From NCBI GenBank assembly GCA_035949275.1, contig DASZII010000005.1:1-27351 (forward strand): DNA of 27,351 bases, read 5' to 3'. This stretch comes from Minisyncoccota bacterium. GTDB lineage: Bacteria; Patescibacteriota; Minisyncoccia; Phycocordibacterales; UBA2100. A model generated the notes under the pieces. It was not told the DNA's origin and searched no databases. It worked only from the letters and a program-made list of their open reading frames with translations. The position numbers and the translations under genes are program-made. The stretch's first letter is position 1, and every line of letters begins with the position of its first letter. Positions 19,171 to 27,173 of the stretch are shown here, one piece after another.

Positions 19171-19503
19171 TTATTTGGTCGGGGTCGGGGTCGTGCCTGA
19201 CTGCGCAGGCAGGCCGGGAATGCCGAACGTCGGGCCAGTCACAGCATTCTGGCCCGTGGTCGCCGTCGAAGTGGCAACGGGCTGCTGTACGGCGTTGGAA
19301 GCGTTCGCGTTACCGCTCAAAGTAGCAACCTCGATAAGCGCGCCTTTGAACGCATAGTCGAGCGCTCCGACATACGCCGCGACGCCGAGCGAAAGCGCGA
19401 CGACAAGCGCGGTAAAAACGACGGTCTGCCGCTGCGTCGGCCATGCGACGTGGTTGAGCTCGGTTCTCGTTTCCTGGAGATATCTGGTGAGGGGGTTCGC
19501 CAT
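19171..19503 (-). CDS. secE: Preprotein translocase subunit SecE with extended C-terminal tail
   Basis: YLQETRTELNHVAWPT plus a TM helix, directly upstream of nusG. Confidence 0.92.
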   Translation of the reverse strand: MANPLTRYLQETRTELNHVAWPTQRQTVVFTALVVALSLGVAAYVGALDYAFKGALIEVATLSGNANASNAVQQPVATSTATTGQNAVTGPTFGIPGLPAQSGTTPTPTK

Positions 19504-19517
19504 ATTTCTTGCATTTT

Positions 19518-19534
19518 AAAACCCCCTGCGGGGG
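19518..19534 (-). terminator. Short terminator-like hairpin upstream of the secE -10 box
   Basis: CCCCC-TGC-GGGGG followed by TTTT on the minus strand. Confidence 0.4.
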
Positions 19535-19569
19535 CTATGGGAATATCATATTCTTCCTCTTTGCTCCCG

Positions 19570-19893
19570 TCAAGTAATGAGGAGCCAGACGGCCCCGAGG
19601 CCGAGCACGAGCCCGATCCAATTCCGCAACGTGAGCACTTCGCCGAAGACGACGAGGCCGAGGATCAAGGTCGCCGCAAGCGCGAGCACCTCCCAGTCGA
19701 TGCCGATCGTCGAGAGCTGGTCTTTGTAGAGGAGCGCCGGGAACCACAGGAGCGAGGAGCAGATATAGCAGGCGATGGCCGCGAGCATAAGGGTCGCGCT
19801 CGGATGCAGCCCCCAGAGCTTTGAGAAATATTCGCCGCCGGCATAGCAGAGGACCGAGCCCAGGAGGGTCGCCGCAGCCAAGGGGAGTGTCAT
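19570..19893 (-). CDS. Small DMT/SMR-superfamily membrane transporter
   Basis: 107 aa with four hydrophobic segments, GEYFSK in TM1 and LVVFGEVLT...IGLVLG in the C-terminal half. Confidence 0.75.
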   Translation of the reverse strand: MTLPLAAATLLGSVLCYAGGEYFSKLWGLHPSATLMLAAIACYICSSLLWFPALLYKDQLSTIGIDWEVLALAATLILGLVVFGEVLTLRNWIGLVLGLGAVWLLIT

Positions 19894-19897
19894 GGGC

Positions 19898-20743
19898 TTA
19901 TTGGATCTCGTACGTGAGCGTCACGTTATCAGTTATCTTGTTCTGGCCGGTTTGGATCTCCGGCGCCGGCGCCGGCGCTGCGGCAGCGCCGTTCCCGGAG
20001 GAGGCGTATGCCATCGGATAGACGGGACCGCTCCCGTTGTTCTCGTTAAATCCGACGACGCCGACCAACTGTACGCCGAGCGATTTAGCGAGCGCCTGCG
20101 CTTTGCCCTGCGCTTCCGCAATGGCTTTCGCTTGCGCCTGCTCCATGAGCGCGTCCTGGTCGGAAACGGTGAAGGTGAGCCCGCTCACGCTCGAAGCGCC
20201 CTGCGAACCAACGCCCGCGAGGATGGTCCCGGCTTTCGATGTGTCGGTAACTTTCACCGAAAGCGTTTCGGAAACCTGGTAGCCGGTGAGTGTTTGTTTG
20301 CCGGGTGGACAGTAAATTCCTGCGGCGGAGGAAATGCCGTTTACGACCGGGACTGGACACGCGGCCTGCTCATACGAATACTGCGGCTGGATCTCATAGT
20401 CCGTCGTTTGAATATCGCTCGGATCAATGCCCTGCCCTTTCAGGTAATTAACAATCGCATTCCCCTGCGTCGTCGTTTTGGACTGTGCGGTCTGCACGTC
20501 GGGCGCGGTATCCTGCACGGTCACGGTAAAGGTTGCGGTATCCGGCACTGCGACGACTTCGCCTTCGCCGTTGACCTGGATCGTGTTGGTCGGAGTTATG
20601 CCTGTGCCGATGTAGTGATAACTTTTGACCGCACTTATCGTCAGGACGAGGAGAAAAAGCGCGAGCATGCCGAGCGCGCAGGCCGCCATGACCCGCGGCC
20701 AGTGTGTCGCCTTGATGATCTCTTGCGCGGTGCGTTCTTCCAT
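19898..20743 (-). CDS. SIMPL (DUF541) domain protein
   Basis: TM anchor followed by TIQVNGEGEVVAVPDTA, GYQVSETLSV and AIAEAQGKAQALAKSLGVQL. Start 7 nt after TATACT. Confidence 0.9.
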   Translation of the reverse strand: MEERTAQEIIKATHWPRVMAACALGMLALFLLVLTISAVKSYHYIGTGITPTNTIQVNGEGEVVAVPDTATFTVTVQDTAPDVQTAQSKTTTQGNAIVNYLKGQGIDPSDIQTTDYEIQPQYSYEQAACPVPVVNGISSAAGIYCPPGKQTLTGYQVSETLSVKVTDTSKAGTILAGVGSQGASSVSGLTFTVSDQDALMEQAQAKAIAEAQGKAQALAKSLGVQLVGVVGFNENNGSGPVYPMAYASSGNGAAAAPAPAPEIQTGQNKITDNVTLTYEIQ

Positions 20744-20759
20744 ATTCAAAAGTATACCA

Positions 20760-20972
20760 CTATGGCAGGTTACCGATATTGCCGATAGTGGAGTAGGTGC
20801 TGATAAGGTTCGGGATCTCGAAGAAAAGCCCGATGAGTGGGACGACGAAAAGGATTATAGAAACTATGATCGTCCAGAAGATGAGCCGGTAGAGCTTGCG
20901 GGCCATGCCGTACGCCTCGGCAACCTGCTTTTCCATTGTTTCGAGCCGCTGCCGGAGTTCCTGGTCCTCCAT
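20760..20972 (-). CDS. Small (70 aa) single-pass membrane protein
   Basis: MEDQELRQRLETMEKQV... coiled N-terminus plus TM segment. ATG lies 6 nt after TATAGT. It is the 3' part of ORF 20760..21284. Confidence 0.7.
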   Translation of the reverse strand: MEDQELRQRLETMEKQVAEAYGMARKLYRLIFWTIIVSIILFVVPLIGLFFEIPNLISTYSTIGNIGNLP

Positions 20973-21006
20973 GTCGCAACTATACCACCGCGGCAGAAGC
21001 CGTTTC

Positions 21007-21480
21007 TCAGGCTTTCTTGAGAGACCCCACTCGCCGATATTCCTCCCAAATGAGCCACATGACGATGAGGTCGAAGACAGTGAGCAAGATGAGCCCGATC
21101 GAGAACGTCGCAAGGATCTGTATGCACTGGTACACGACGAAGAGCGCCAGCACCGCGAGCGAAGCGGGATACGCCCATGCGTACCCGCGCAAAAGCCCGA
21201 AAACAAGAAAACCTTTGATGATGCCGTGCGCGATGAGATAGAGCGCGCTATAGAGCTGCGCCTGCGGCGTGAACTGGGTAGCAAGCGAATGCAGGTGCGT
21301 GGCGAGAAAATCGGTCGGGTCCTCGACGAGTTCGTCGGCGACCATCGCCTGCACGAGCGCGGAAACGTTCACAAAGAGGAGGGCCACGCCGAGCGCGAAT
21401 TCCGCAAGCGCATTCAATCCTTTCAAGATGACGCCGATCTGAAAGAATTGGTGTATCCGTTTGCCGAAGGTCGGGGACAT
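21007..21480 (-). CDS. DUF2127-like membrane protein
   Basis: GVILKGLNALAE...ELVEDPTDFLA...YLIAHGIIK...WAYP pattern. Confidence 0.75.
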   Translation of the reverse strand: MSPTFGKRIHQFFQIGVILKGLNALAEFALGVALLFVNVSALVQAMVADELVEDPTDFLATHLHSLATQFTPQAQLYSALYLIAHGIIKGFLVFGLLRGYAWAYPASLAVLALFVVYQCIQILATFSIGLILLTVFDLIVMWLIWEEYRRVGSLKKA

Positions 21481-21483
21481 ACG

Positions 21484-22176
21484 CTATGGCAGCGGCACCG
21501 GGTCCGTATTGAAGATCGCGAGCGACTTCGGGAAGAATTTCAGGCAGAGCACGTAGATCGTGTACGTGATGAAATAGGCCGAAGCGACGTCGATCGAGTA
21601 GTGGTAATGGCCGAGCAGCACGACGATCGACATGTACGCCGCCCACGCGAGGAACAGATAGCGCAACACCTTATCCTGCCAGAAGACCAGCGCCAAGAGA
21701 AAACAGACACCGACGTGCCCGGAGAAGAAGTAATCCGAGCCGAAGAGCAAATGGGAAAGCAGTATGCCCCAGTCGCCGTTGGGCGGCACGGTCGGGAACG
21801 GCCCCAAGTGCGTGAGCGACGTGAACGCGGAGCGTATAAAATAGAACGTCGCCATGGAATTGAGCGAGAACGGGATCCGCTTGGGGTGGGAAAGCAGGAG
21901 CAGCGTGATGAACGCGATGAGAAGTATCGTCCCGTAGGCGAAGAGCCCGTCGACGCCAAGGGCGGGAGTGTTGGAGAGAATGATGTCGGTCACGAAATTG
22001 CTCGCGATCTCATTCGCGTAATTAATGACGAAAAAAGAAAAGACGACGCTCGCCGCAAAAAAGACGAGGGAAAGAAAGAGCGCCGTTCTGTATTCCCGCT
22101 GCGAAAAGTGGGTGCCATAGCGATGAAGAAGCTCGCGGTGCGGGGAGCGCCTGCGCTTTCGTACGGGTTCGTCCAT
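21484..22176 (-). CDS. PAP2-superfamily protein, sphingomyelin/IPC-synthase-like (PAP2_C)
   Basis: Multi-TM protein with DYFFSGH and HYHYSIDV, matching the H...H-x-x-x-D catalytic motifs of the SMS-like subfamily. Confidence 0.8.
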   Translation of the reverse strand: MDEPVRKRRRSPHRELLHRYGTHFSQREYRTALFLSLVFFAASVVFSFFVINYANEIASNFVTDIILSNTPALGVDGLFAYGTILLIAFITLLLLSHPKRIPFSLNSMATFYFIRSAFTSLTHLGPFPTVPPNGDWGILLSHLLFGSDYFFSGHVGVCFLLALVFWQDKVLRYLFLAWAAYMSIVVLLGHYHYSIDVASAYFITYTIYVLCLKFFPKSLAIFNTDPVPLP

Positions 22177-22197
22177 ACGGGGTATACTACAATAATT
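22177..22197. promoter_or_regulatory. 21-bp bidirectional promoter with overlapping -10 boxes
   Basis: Plus strand TATACT (22183-22188) and TACAAT (22188-22193). Minus strand TAGTAT (22189-22184), 7 nt before the PAP2 ATG. Confidence 0.6.
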
Positions 22198-22791
22198 ATG
22201 TCGGGTTTGCCTTTCCTCGCGGGCCTCGTCGCTTTTCTCGAAGCGACGAAGTACCCGCTCTTCTTCGCCGGCTCATACATCGAAGGGACGGTCGTGATGC
22301 TGACCGGCGGGGTCCTCCTCAAGCTCGGAGAGGTCCAATTCGTGCCTCTGTATGTTGCGCTCATCCTCGGCGACGTCCTTTCCGATATCATGTGGTACTG
22401 GATCGGCTATTTCGGCGCGCGCCCCTTTATGATGCGCTGGGGATATATCATCAATGCGACACCGCAAGTCATTCAAAAACTCGAACGCAGGTTCAAAGAG
22501 TACCATCTGCGCATTCTCGTCATTTCGAAGATGACGATGGGCTTCGGCCTCGCGGTGCCGGTCCTTGTGACCGCCGGCATGCTGCGCGTGTCGTTCTTGC
22601 GTTACTGCATTATCAATATTCTCGGCAGCTTCGTCTGGGTCGCGTTCATCATCTATATCGGTTATAACTTTGGTAATGTGCTCCAGCTCTTCCCTGAAAA
22701 ATATCAGATCGGTTCGTTCTTCGTTCTCATCGCGGCGTTCTTCTTCGGCTTGCGCTACCTCAGCCGCAAGCTTGCGAACGTCGATTGGTAA
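22198..22791 (+). CDS. DedA/VTT family membrane protein
   Basis: C-terminal part of ORF 20896..22791: SYIEGTVV...LILGDVLSDIMWYWIG...ISKMTMGFG...AGMLRVSFLRY. Confidence 0.88.
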   Translation: MSGLPFLAGLVAFLEATKYPLFFAGSYIEGTVVMLTGGVLLKLGEVQFVPLYVALILGDVLSDIMWYWIGYFGARPFMMRWGYIINATPQVIQKLERRFKEYHLRILVISKMTMGFGLAVPVLVTAGMLRVSFLRYCIINILGSFVWVAFIIYIGYNFGNVLQLFPEKYQIGSFFVLIAAFFFGLRYLSRKLANVDW

Positions 22792-22794
22792 CCT

Positions 22795-23496
22795 ATGTCA
22801 AAATTATTCTTCTCCATCGTCGTCCCCGCGCACAATGAAGAAAAGTATATCGAAGACACGCTCGGGCATTTGAAACGACTCGAATACCCTGCGGGGAAAT
22901 TCGAGGTCGTCGTAGTCGAGAACGGTTCGGCGGACAGAACGTTCGAGCTGGCGAAACGCTTCGAAAGGAATAATTTCCATGTGCTGCAGAGTGGCAAAGG
23001 AGTGTCGCGCGCCAAGAACGCGGGCATCGACCGTCTCTCGCCTCAAAGCGACTGGGTCATTTTCCTCGACGCCGACACGATCCTCGAAAAGGACTTTTTG
23101 AACGAGCTGAACGTGTACCTATCCGATAAAAAAGGCCTCGCGGTCGGCACCGTCTCGCTGCGCCCGATCCCGGACCGTCCGTATGCGCGCGCGTGGCTTT
23201 GGGTGCACAACGTCGGTCACATGCTCTCAAAAACGTCGTTCGCGATAAAGATAGTCCGGCGCTCGCTCTTCCCCTCGCTTCGCTTCGACCAGAACCTCGT
23301 GACGGCGGAAGATATCCATATGATCCAACAGGCCCTTCCGCACGGGAAATTCTTCTACCTATGGACCAAAAACGTCGCGACCTCGACCCGCCGCTTTGAA
23401 AAGCTCGGCTGGTGGTATGTACTTTTCTACTGGGTGTTCGTCGCCCTCCTGCCTGAAAAATGGCAGCAGCATTTCACCTACGAAGCGGCGCGTTGA
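22795..23496 (+). CDS. Glycosyltransferase family 2
   Basis: SIVVPAHNEEKYI, VVVENGSADRT, AKNAG, FLDADT, EDIH and TSTRRF motifs. Confidence 0.92.
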   Translation: MSKLFFSIVVPAHNEEKYIEDTLGHLKRLEYPAGKFEVVVVENGSADRTFELAKRFERNNFHVLQSGKGVSRAKNAGIDRLSPQSDWVIFLDADTILEKDFLNELNVYLSDKKGLAVGTVSLRPIPDRPYARAWLWVHNVGHMLSKTSFAIKIVRRSLFPSLRFDQNLVTAEDIHMIQQALPHGKFFYLWTKNVATSTRRFEKLGWWYVLFYWVFVALLPEKWQQHFTYEAAR

Positions 23497-24074
23497 TTGA
23501 TCCGGGACCAAGCGTATTTTGCGAACCCGAAGAAGCAAGCGAGCACTATGACGAAGGCTGAGATCGTGCTCACCCTTTCGAACACGGTATCAACGCGCAA
23601 ATAAAGATCGCCAAAAAAGTAGCCGACCGCGATCAGCGCGCCGCTCCAGATGAACTGCCCCGAGATATTCGCGCGCATGTAACGCCAGAACGACATCCGC
23701 GACATTCCGGCCGTGAAGAGGATCGGGATCGCGAATCCGAAGCCTGTTGTCAGCTTCGAAGAAAATAAAATGCGCTGATCATATTTCCGGAACAACTCTT
23801 TCGCCTTCGTGATGTTCGCGTCGGTGATGCCGATATATTTTCCGAATCTGCGCGCGAACGTTTCTCCGCGGTAATAGCCGACTACATACCAGATGACGTC
23901 GCCGATCAGCTCTCCGAGCATGATGCATGCGTACGCGAGAAATAATTCGAGGTATCCCAGCCGTATCGCGACGCCGACGACCATTCCTGTCGGGAATCCC
24001 GCCACAAGCGCGACGGGGACGAGGATTGGATAGCGGTATTGCAGAATGAGCGCGAGGATCGCGGCGGGGCTCAT
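23478..24074 (-). CDS. DedA/VTT family membrane protein
   Basis: MLGELIGDVIWYVVG...SSKLTTGFG...AGMSRMSFWRY. Start at MSPAA, 6 nt after TATACT. 19-nt convergent overlap with the GT2 gene. Confidence 0.88.
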   Translation of the reverse strand: MSPAAILALILQYRYPILVPVALVAGFPTGMVVGVAIRLGYLELFLAYACIMLGELIGDVIWYVVGYYRGETFARRFGKYIGITDANITKAKELFRKYDQRILFSSKLTTGFGFAIPILFTAGMSRMSFWRYMRANISGQFIWSGALIAVGYFFGDLYLRVDTVFERVSTISAFVIVLACFFGFAKYAWSRINQRAAS

Positions 24075-24161
24075 TGCTGAAGTATATCGCCTTTCAAAAA
24101 TACAGATGCCGACTCTCGCAGCCGGCATCACTCATGAATGGGACGGAGCCGCATTGCTTCG

Positions 24162-24450
24162 TCAGTGGACCAGATTGAGCAGCACCAGAACGTGCACCGT
24201 GTATCCGACGGCGACGAAGACCCAGGCGACCCTCAGGTAGCCGAGTCCCTGGGACAGAGGCAGGTTTGCCTTGTACTGTCGATCGGTTCCAGGCACCGCC
24301 CCGAGTGCACAAGCAACGATGAGCACATGCAGCAGCACTTGGCCGCTGACAGGCCGCCACATGACATACGGGACGACCAGATGGTTGAGTCCGATAAGCA
24401 TGACCGCTGTCAACTGGATCCGCCAGACGTGCTCGACGCAGGATCGGTCG
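24162..24450 (-). pseudogene. 3' fragment of an unknown membrane-protein gene lacking its own 5' end
   Basis: Hydrophobic reading with coding-like codons (...QLTAVMLIGLNHLVVPYVMW...WVFVAVGYTVHVLVLLNLVH*), joined abruptly to transposase DNA. The breakpoint is approximate. Confidence 0.45.
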
Positions 24451-24631
24451 AGGACCGCGGCTCCAACGCCTTCTCTGCGCCTCGCCGGTATGCCGCAAGC
24501 CAACGCTCCACGCTCCGCTTTCCGTGCGGGCACACCTTCATCACTTCGCTGATATTCATTCGACCTTCCGCGATCGGCTTCACCCACCTGAGTCTCTCTT
24601 CCTTGATTGTTTCTGCCATATGGACTGCCAT
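24410..24631 (-). mobile_element. Truncated IS481-like transposase N-terminus (HTH only)
   Basis: TIKEERLRWVKPI...EVMKVCPHGKRSVERWLAAYRRGAEKALEPRS is a transposase HTH pattern (R-W-x-x-x-Y...G...L-E-P-R-S). No DDE domain follows. Confidence 0.65.
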
Positions 24632-24764
24632 GCCCCGACTGTATCGGATTCCGCCATATGTGTGTGCACATTACCAGTTTCATTTGACCTTCATAAAATA
24701 GAATGGTACTATAGTTCGCAGGAGCGGTGCTACCTCACCGCAGAGAGAAACCATAGAGGCAGTT

Positions 24765-25430
24765 ATGAGCAACCTCAGTGTGCCTACCGCAATCCTCTTC
24801 ATCCTGGCGCTGACCGCCCCGACCGTCTACTGCGGGTATGCCGCAGCGACCAACGACTGGTTCTGGCCGCTCACTGCGGACCAGAAAGCCCGGCTCGCGC
24901 CGGTGACTCATTTCTTCACCGTCGCGGAGCATGCGGGGTGGTGGGCACTCCTATTGCTCAACATCCCTCTCGGAATCGCGGCCGCGCTGATGTGGAGGGA
25001 GTGGAATGCTCCTTTGTTCGCCGGCGTTTTCATCGTCATGTTCATCGCCAGTCTCAAGATGATGGAAGCTTGGGCGCTAGCGGACAATGCCGAGGACGTT
25101 ACCAGGAAAGTGCTATCGGCGTTCAGCCGCGACGGGCTTCTTACCGTGCCTGGGGTGCTGCTGACGCTCTCGATGGCGTTCGCCTACACCATCATCGCGA
25201 TGTACTTCCTGACGCCCGGGCCCGCCGCGAACTTCAAGTTCTCGCTCTTCTTCGCGCTCGCCCTCAGCGTGTACCTCCCGTTCGGCTTGCTCCAGCCTCC
25301 ACACAAGGTCTGGGGCGTTCCAGGCAAGTTCTGGACCGGGATCCACAACGCGGCGATCGGGCAATGGCTCGGCGGGACCGCGCTGGTCTGGGCCTTGTTC
25401 TTCCTTCGGGCCCTGGCTCTGGCCCGGTAG
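24765..25430 (+). CDS. Hypothetical multi-pass membrane protein
   Basis: 221-aa ORF with about 6 hydrophobic segments, GAGG upstream and a terminator downstream. Confidence 0.75.
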   Translation: MSNLSVPTAILFILALTAPTVYCGYAAATNDWFWPLTADQKARLAPVTHFFTVAEHAGWWALLLLNIPLGIAAALMWREWNAPLFAGVFIVMFIASLKMMEAWALADNAEDVTRKVLSAFSRDGLLTVPGVLLTLSMAFAYTIIAMYFLTPGPAANFKFSLFFALALSVYLPFGLLQPPHKVWGVPGKFWTGIHNAAIGQWLGGTALVWALFFLRALALAR

Positions 25431-25456
25431 GACGCCGATCATTCAGCATGGTCAAT

Positions 25457-25487
25457 ACGCCGGGCTTCGGGTCCGGCGTTTTGTTTT
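25457..25487 (+). terminator. Intrinsic terminator
   Basis: ACGCCGGGC-TTCGG-GTCCGGCGT followed by TTTGTTTT. Confidence 0.75.
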
Positions 25488-25500
25488 ATATACTTCAGCC

Positions 25501-26043
25501 ATGCCCGCTATCTGGGGAGCAGCGTTCGTCACAGTCCATCTCCTTTTTTGGTTCATCATAAGCGTTATCGAATCCTGGGAATCCCGCACGGGTCGCATTC
25601 CGGCGCGGCGCGGATGGGATGACGTCTCCCCGTTCCCCTATTTTCAAGATTGGCACACCGTCACGTGGGGCGACCTCGCCGGGCTTTCGCTGATCGACTT
25701 TTCGGCCGGCTACATCCTTTGCGCAACGATCCCGAGTTGGGGCGCTGTCCTTCTCTCTCTCGTCGTAGCGGCCCTCGGCGCGCTCTCGTTCCACTTCCGC
25801 TGCATGTCGCGGCTCCACAAGCCAGACTCCGGCTATCCCGCGCCGGGAGTAATTTCCGCGCACGGCTTCGCGCATGTCGTATATTTTTTCATTCAGCTCT
25901 CGATTTGCATGCTTGCGGCGTTCCTTGCGCTTGAAGGCAAACTTACCGGCACGGTGCTTTTCGCCGCGCTTTTGGGAGGCGCGGTCTATGTCGCAAGTTT
26001 CCTCTTCGACTGGTATCCTGGCCGCTACTCGCTGAAACCATGA
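25501..26043 (+). CDS. Hypothetical multi-pass membrane protein
   Basis: 180-aa ORF with about 5 TM segments. ATG 6 nt after TATACT. ATGA overlap with the downstream GT2 gene. Confidence 0.75.
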   Translation: MPAIWGAAFVTVHLLFWFIISVIESWESRTGRIPARRGWDDVSPFPYFQDWHTVTWGDLAGLSLIDFSAGYILCATIPSWGAVLLSLVVAALGALSFHFRCMSRLHKPDSGYPAPGVISAHGFAHVVYFFIQLSICMLAAFLALEGKLTGTVLFAALLGGAVYVASFLFDWYPGRYSLKP

Positions 26044-26795
26044 AAATAAGTTTCTCGATACCCGCATACAACGAAGAAGCGCGCATTTCGCGATGTCTCG
26101 AATCAGTGCAAAAGGAGATCGTTCGCGCGGGCATGGAGAATGACATGGAGATCGTCGTCGTGAACAACGCATCGACCGACCGGACAAAGGAGATTGCTTC
26201 CGGTTTTCTTGGCGTGCGCGTCATCGATGAACAGCGTAAGGGCCTCACGTTCGCGCGGCAGGCCGGGCTCGAACACACGATCGGCGAGCTCGTGGCGAAC
26301 GTGGATTCCGACACGATGCTTCCGCCCGGCTGGCTGGACACCGTCATGCGGGAATTCGGCCGCGACAAGAACCTCGTCGCGCTTTCAGGGCCTTTTATCT
26401 ATTACGATCTCCCTCCGTTCAAGAGATTCGTTTCAAGCCTTTTCATCACCATGTACCCGGCGGTGCATTTCATCGTGCACAATATCCTGCGTGTCGGGGC
26501 TATTCTGCAGGGCGGCAATTTCGTCGTGCGACGGGATGCAATGGAGAAGATCGGCGGCTTTGATACGACCATAAAATTCTACGGCGAGGACACCGATGTT
26601 GCCAGGAGGATATCCAAGGTCGGGCGCGTGAAATGGACGCTTTCCTTCCCGATGTATGCCTCCGGCAGACGCCTCGCGCACGAAGGGATGGCGATGACCG
26701 CATGGCGGTACGCGTCGAATTTTTTTTCGACGACATTCGTTAAACGGCCCTGGAGCGAGATCTATAGCGACATTCGTACCGACTGGCGGGAATAG
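26040..26795 (+). CDS. Glycosyltransferase family 2
   Basis: SFSIPAYNEE, VVNNASTDRT, ARQAG, NVDSDT, GGFDTTIKFYGEDTD and ASGRRL motifs. Confidence 0.92.
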   Translation: MKISFSIPAYNEEARISRCLESVQKEIVRAGMENDMEIVVVNNASTDRTKEIASGFLGVRVIDEQRKGLTFARQAGLEHTIGELVANVDSDTMLPPGWLDTVMREFGRDKNLVALSGPFIYYDLPPFKRFVSSLFITMYPAVHFIVHNILRVGAILQGGNFVVRRDAMEKIGGFDTTIKFYGEDTDVARRISKVGRVKWTLSFPMYASGRRLAHEGMAMTAWRYASNFFSTTFVKRPWSEIYSDIRTDWRE

Positions 26796-26805
26796 ATATT
26801 CACAC

Positions 26806-26833
26806 TTGACTCATCCTCACTGTGCTATATTAT
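26806..26833 (+). promoter_or_regulatory. Sigma70-type promoter of the ArsR operon
   Basis: TTGACT (26806-26811), 16 nt, TATTAT (26828-26833). A TG-n-TATATT extended -10 is also present. Confidence 0.55.
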
Positions 26834-26841
26834 TCAACCAT

Positions 26842-27168
26842 ATGGTTGATAATCAAACACGGCTCGACGCGGTCTTCGGGTCGCTCGCCGACCCGACCCG
26901 CAGGGATATTTTGAGGCGCATTTCCCGCCGGCCGCTTTCTGTGGGCGAGATCGCGCGGTCGTACGACCTCACGCTGCAGGCGATCTCGAAGCACCTCCGT
27001 GTGCTCGAACGGGCGAAGCTCGTGCGCAAGAAGCGCCGCGGGCGTGAATTCCTCGTTGCTCTTTCCCCCGCCGCGCTCAAAGAAGCGGACACGTACCTTG
27101 AGAAATATCGCGAGCTCTGGGAAGAGCGTTTGGATCGATTAGAAGAATTTTTAAAAGATAATCCATAA
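26842..27168 (+). CDS. ArsR/SmtB family transcriptional regulator
   Basis: LDAVFGSLADPTRRDIL, QAISKHLRVLERAKLV and WEERLDRLEEFL motifs. Confidence 0.92.
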   Translation: MVDNQTRLDAVFGSLADPTRRDILRRISRRPLSVGEIARSYDLTLQAISKHLRVLERAKLVRKKRRGREFLVALSPAALKEADTYLEKYRELWEERLDRLEEFLKDNP

Positions 27169-27173
27169 CTATT

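Noticed and set aside
19504-19569. tRNA-Trp often found upstream of secE
   Set aside because: The gap is only 66 bp and holds a hairpin and a -10 box; no cloverleaf.
20896-22197. 631-aa plus-strand ORF 20896..22791 as a single fusion protein
   Set aside because: The first ~430 codons are the antisense shadow of two convincing minus-strand membrane genes (reads E/D/R/H-rich). Only the DedA part from 22198 is supported.
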